Positions 60,630 to 64,000 of a stretch of DNA of 64,000 nt are shown one piece after another. The notes under the pieces are model-generated. The model was not told the DNA's origin. It ran no database searches and worked only from the letters and a program-made list of their open reading frames with translations. The stretch's first letter is position 1; each line of letters starts with the position of its first letter. A program made the translations under genes and the position numbers. The DNA is from Methanobacteriota archaeon (lineage in GTDB: Archaea; JAADCQ01; Methanopyri; Methanopyrales; Methanopyraceae): contig JAMOPO010000015.1 in NCBI GenBank assembly GCA_027064425.1, positions 288,001-352,000 of the forward strand, read 5' to 3'.

Positions 60630-61292
60630 TTGGCCGTGGAGGAGGGTGACTTCGTGAAAATCCACTACACGGGCCGCGTGAAGGAGACCGACGAGGTGAT
60701 CGACACGACGCGGGAGGAGGTGGCGGAGGAGCACGACCTGGACGTGCGGACGGGTCCGGTCGTGGTCGTGGTGGGGGCAGGGATGGTCTGGGAACCGGTG
60801 GAGGAGGAGCTGAAGGGCAGGAAGCCGGGCGATGAGTTCGAGGTGGAGGTGCCTCCGGAGAAGGCGTTCGGTGAGCGGGACGCGTCGCTGGTGCGGACGT
60901 ACCGGCGGTCGGAGGTGCGAGGGGATGTGCGGCCGGGTGGCACGGTGGTGACGCCGGAGGGTCGCCGGGGCCGAGTGGTCAGCGTGGACGGTGGCCGGGT
61001 GCGGGTGGACATGAACCATCCGTTGGCGGGAAAGACGCTGGTGTACGAGGTGGAGGTGCTGGAGGTGCTTGAGGGCGTGGAGGAGCGGGCGGAGGGGTTG
61101 CTGGACACGCTGGCGCCGGGGATCGACGTGGAGCTGGAGTGGGAGGACGAGGACGGGACGCTGCGGCTGCGGGTGGAGGGTGAGGACGCGGTGAAGACGG
61201 GATGGTTCGGGGCGAAGCGGCGGTTCGTGGAGCTGATGCGAGAGCACGACGATCGGGTGGAGAAGGTGGTCGTCGAGGAGGTGTTCAAATAA
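60630..61292 (+). CDS. FKBP-type peptidyl-prolyl isomerase (long archaeal/SlyD type)
   Basis: [34 protein letters not shown]. Confidence 0.93.
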   Translation: MAVEEGDFVKIHYTGRVKETDEVIDTTREEVAEEHDLDVRTGPVVVVVGAGMVWEPVEEELKGRKPGDEFEVEVPPEKAFGERDASLVRTYRRSEVRGDVRPGGTVVTPEGRRGRVVSVDGGRVRVDMNHPLAGKTLVYEVEVLEVLEGVEERAEGLLDTLAPGIDVELEWEDEDGTLRLRVEGEDAVKTGWFGAKRRFVELMREHDDRVEKVVVEEVFK

Positions 61293-62343
61293 CGCCGGTC
61301 TCGCGGGCGGCGCGCTCGGCGGCCTCGCGGGTGAGGCCGCGGTCGCCGAGGATGGTGTAGCGTTCGGGCCGGATCTCGTGGGCGGTGCAGAGGGCCTCGA
61401 TCAGCTCCTCCTCGCTGATCCCCAGCTCCTCCGCGGTGGTGGGAGCGCCGGCGCGCTTCAGGGTGTCTCGGATGCGACGCCAGTCGCCGCCGTGGAGGTA
61501 CTCCATGATAATGGTGCCGACGCCGCACTGCTCGCCGTGGAGGGCGGGGCGGTCGGCGATGACGTCGAGGGCGTGACTGAAGAGATGCTCGGAGCCGCTG
61601 CAGGGGCGGGAGGAGCCGGCGATGCTCATGGCGACGCCGCCGCTGATGAGGGCCTGAACGAGCTTCTTGATGCCCTCGGGCAGGAGCTGGCCGATGGGCT
61701 TGGCGTTCTTGATGACGATCTTGGCGGCCATGAGGGAGAGGCTGGCGGCGTACTCGCTGTAGGGCTCGTTGCGGAGCCGGTGGGCGAGTCGCCAGTCCTT
61801 GACGGCGGTGATGTTGGACACGACGTCGCCCACGCCGGCGCGGATGAGCCGCTCGGGGGCCTCCCGGATCACGTTTATATCAGCGAGCACGGCGAGCGGT
61901 GCGTGGGCGGGCTCGGAGTAGGGCCGGTCCTCCCTGCGGATGGAGGCGAAGGGTGAGGCGATGCCGTCGTGCGAGGCGGAGGTGGGCACGCTGACGAAGG
62001 GGATACGCTCGCGATAGGAGGCGACCTTGGCCACGTCGATGACCTTCCCGCCGCCCACGGCGACCGCGACGTCGGCTCCCGCGGCCTTGAGCTCTTCCAA
62101 AGCCTTTTTCACGTCCTCCTCGGTGGACCCCCGGACGATCACCGTCGTGGTCTCGTACCCGGCCTCCTCAAGGTACTCCTCCACGTCCCGGCCCGCGACC
62201 TTCTTCGTGGTGGGACCCGTGAAGATCGCGACCGTGCCCTCCGGGATGCCGACGCTCCGCAGGAGGCTCGGGGCGTCGGGCAGCACGTCGGTCCCGACGA
62301 GGACCTCGCGCGGGAGCTGCATTCTCTTCTTCGAGATCTCCAC
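61285..62343 (-). CDS. egsA: Glycerol-1-phosphate dehydrogenase
   Basis: [49 protein letters not shown]. Confidence 0.95.
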   Translation of the reverse strand: MEISKKRMQLPREVLVGTDVLPDAPSLLRSVGIPEGTVAIFTGPTTKKVAGRDVEEYLEEAGYETTTVIVRGSTEEDVKKALEELKAAGADVAVAVGGGKVIDVAKVASYRERIPFVSVPTSASHDGIASPFASIRREDRPYSEPAHAPLAVLADINVIREAPERLIRAGVGDVVSNITAVKDWRLAHRLRNEPYSEYAASLSLMAAKIVIKNAKPIGQLLPEGIKKLVQALISGGVAMSIAGSSRPCSGSEHLFSHALDVIADRPALHGEQCGVGTIIMEYLHGGDWRRIRDTLKRAGAPTTAEELGISEEELIEALCTAHEIRPERYTILGDRGLTREAAERAARETGVI

Positions 62344-62370
62344 GGTAACCAGCCCCGGCGGGGTGATCGT

Positions 62371-63774
62371 TTGGAGTTCTCGGAGTGGTACGCGGAGGTG
62401 TTGAGGGACGCGGAGGTCATGGACGTGCGGTACCCGGTTAAAGGCCTGTACGTGTGGCTGCCCTACGGGTTCGAGATCCGGCAGCGGGTGATCGAGAAGC
62501 TGCGGAAGCGGCTGCGGGAGACGGGGCACAAGGAGGTCCTGTTCCCAACGCTGATCCCGGAGACGCAGCTGGAGAAGGAGGCGGAGCACATCGCGGGCTT
62601 CGAGGACGAGGTGTTCTGGGTGACGCACGGTGGCCTGAAGGAGATGGACGAGAAGCTGGCGCTGCGACCGACGAGCGAGACTGCGATCTACCCGATGTTC
62701 GCCCTGTGGATACGATCGCACGCGGACCTGCCGCTGAAGGTCTTCCAGATCGTGAACACGTTCCGGTACGAGACGAAGCACACGCGGCCGCTGATCCGGA
62801 TGCGGGAGATCACGACGTTCAAGGAGGCGCACACGGCGCACGCAACGCGGGAGGAGGCGGAGGAGCAGGTGCGGGAGGCCTTCGAGATCTACTCGTCGTT
62901 CTTCGAGGACCTGGGCATCCCGTACGTGGCCTCGGTGCGGCCGGAGTGGGACAAGTTCCCGGGCGCGGAGTACACGGTGGCGTTCGACACGGTGATGCCG
63001 GACGGGCGGGCGCTGCAGATCGGAACCATTCACATGCTGGGTCAGAACTTCTCGAAGACGTTCGACGTAACCTTTGAAACGGAGGAGGGGGACCAGGAGT
63101 ACGCCCACATGACCTGCTACGGAGTCTCGGACCGCGTCGTGGCCTCGGTGATCGCGATCCACGGGGACGAGCACGGGCTCGTTCTGCCGCCGGACGTGGC
63201 CCCGTACCAGGTCGTGATCGTGCCGATCCTGAAGAAGGGCATGCGAGAGGAGATCCTGCAGCGGGCTCGGGAGGTGAAGGAGGAGCTATCTGAGGTGGCG
63301 CGGGTCAAGCTCGACGACCGGGACATGAGCCCGGGACGAAAGTTCCATTACTGGGAGCTGAAGGGTGTGCCGCTGCGCGTGGAGATCGGCGCCCGTGAGG
63401 TGGAGGAGGACACGGCGGTCGTCTTCCGGCGGGACGAGATGGAGCGAGAGACGTACTCCGCCTCGGAGCTGCCGGACGTGGTCCCGGAGCTGCTGGACGA
63501 GATGAAGAAGAACCTGCGGGAGCGGGCCTGGGAGAGGTTCGAAAAGTTCATGCACCGGGCCGAGTCGCTGGAGGAGGTGCGCGAGTTCGTCGGCGACGGC
63601 ATCGTGGAGACCGGTTGGTGCGGGTCGGAGGAGTGCGGTCGGAAGCTGGAGGAGGAGGTCGAGGGCGACGTTCTCGGCACTCCTTACCCGGAGGAGAAGG
63701 GGCCCGAGTTCGACCGGTGCCCCGTGTGCGGGGAGCCCGCCGAGCACACGATCCGCGTGGCCAAAACTTACTGA
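62371..63774 (+). CDS. proS: Proline--tRNA ligase (archaeal type)
   Basis: [40 protein letters not shown]-terminal AKTY. Confidence 0.97.
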   Translation: MEFSEWYAEVLRDAEVMDVRYPVKGLYVWLPYGFEIRQRVIEKLRKRLRETGHKEVLFPTLIPETQLEKEAEHIAGFEDEVFWVTHGGLKEMDEKLALRPTSETAIYPMFALWIRSHADLPLKVFQIVNTFRYETKHTRPLIRMREITTFKEAHTAHATREEAEEQVREAFEIYSSFFEDLGIPYVASVRPEWDKFPGAEYTVAFDTVMPDGRALQIGTIHMLGQNFSKTFDVTFETEEGDQEYAHMTCYGVSDRVVASVIAIHGDEHGLVLPPDVAPYQVVIVPILKKGMREEILQRAREVKEELSEVARVKLDDRDMSPGRKFHYWELKGVPLRVEIGAREVEEDTAVVFRRDEMERETYSASELPDVVPELLDEMKKNLRERAWERFEKFMHRAESLEEVREFVGDGIVETGWCGSEECGRKLEEEVEGDVLGTPYPEEKGPEFDRCPVCGEPAEHTIRVAKTY

Positions 63775-63792
63775 AGATCAGGGGTGTGAGCG

Positions 63793-64000
63793 TTGCAGAT
63801 AACGGATGTCATGAAGGAGTTGGATCAGCTGACTAAGGGCACGACCACGGTTGGTATCAAGGCGAAAGACGCGGTGGTCCTCGCCGCGGATCGGCGGGCG
63901 GTCATGGGCAACCTGATCGCGGGCAAGGAGGTCAAGAAGATTTTCAAGGTGCACGACTACGTGGGCGTCACCACGGCGGGCTCCGTTGCGGACGCGCAGA
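63793..64000 (+). CDS. psmB: Proteasome subunit beta, 3'-truncated by window edge
   Basis: Propeptide then KG|[22 protein letters not shown]. Confidence 0.92.
   Translation, partial: MQITDVMKELDQLTKGTTTVGIKAKDAVVLAADRRAVMGNLIAGKEVKKIFKVHDYVGVTTAGSVADAQ

Noticed and set aside
61285-63774. Apparent long head-to-head overlap of egsA and proS ORFs
   Set aside because: The real starts are about 62343 and 62371; the extensions are antisense read-through

Overview
This is a GC-rich archaeal window, almost certainly from a Methanopyrus species. The evidence is a doublet histone HMk, tRNA genes with C at position 8, a CbiS fusion, a VatB intein and the F430 enzyme CfbD. It is probably not strain AV19, because RtcB here has no intein and the histone is diverged from the AV19 sequence as I recall it. 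Most of the window is housekeeping: sugar-phosphate genes, rpl21e/rpo4, split carB, corrinoid salvage, atpB/atpD, Hef, PSTK, RtcB, pst, aroA'/aroB', feoAB, suf, egsA, proS and psmB. It carries three tRNAs (Glu-TTC with two introns, Arg-TCT, Ser-GCT). Signals the annotation does not explain: (1) a spaced palindrome CGTTA-N9-TAACG found seven times, always intergenic, including just 3' of all three tRNAs; (2) a sharp C-to-G strand-skew flip at about 56.5-57.6 kb, independent of gene direction and centred on an orphan basic protein gene, degenerate direct repeats and three candidate C/D box sRNAs (a candidate origin or element); (3) a secreted, catalytically altered, frameshifted CobN-like giant with an alpha/alpha-barrel partner and a SelB-like GTPase; (4) a DtxR-type iron box ahead of feoAB, a NifX/MinD-Fe-S operon and a ferredoxin. 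All family calls come from motif recognition, not database searches.
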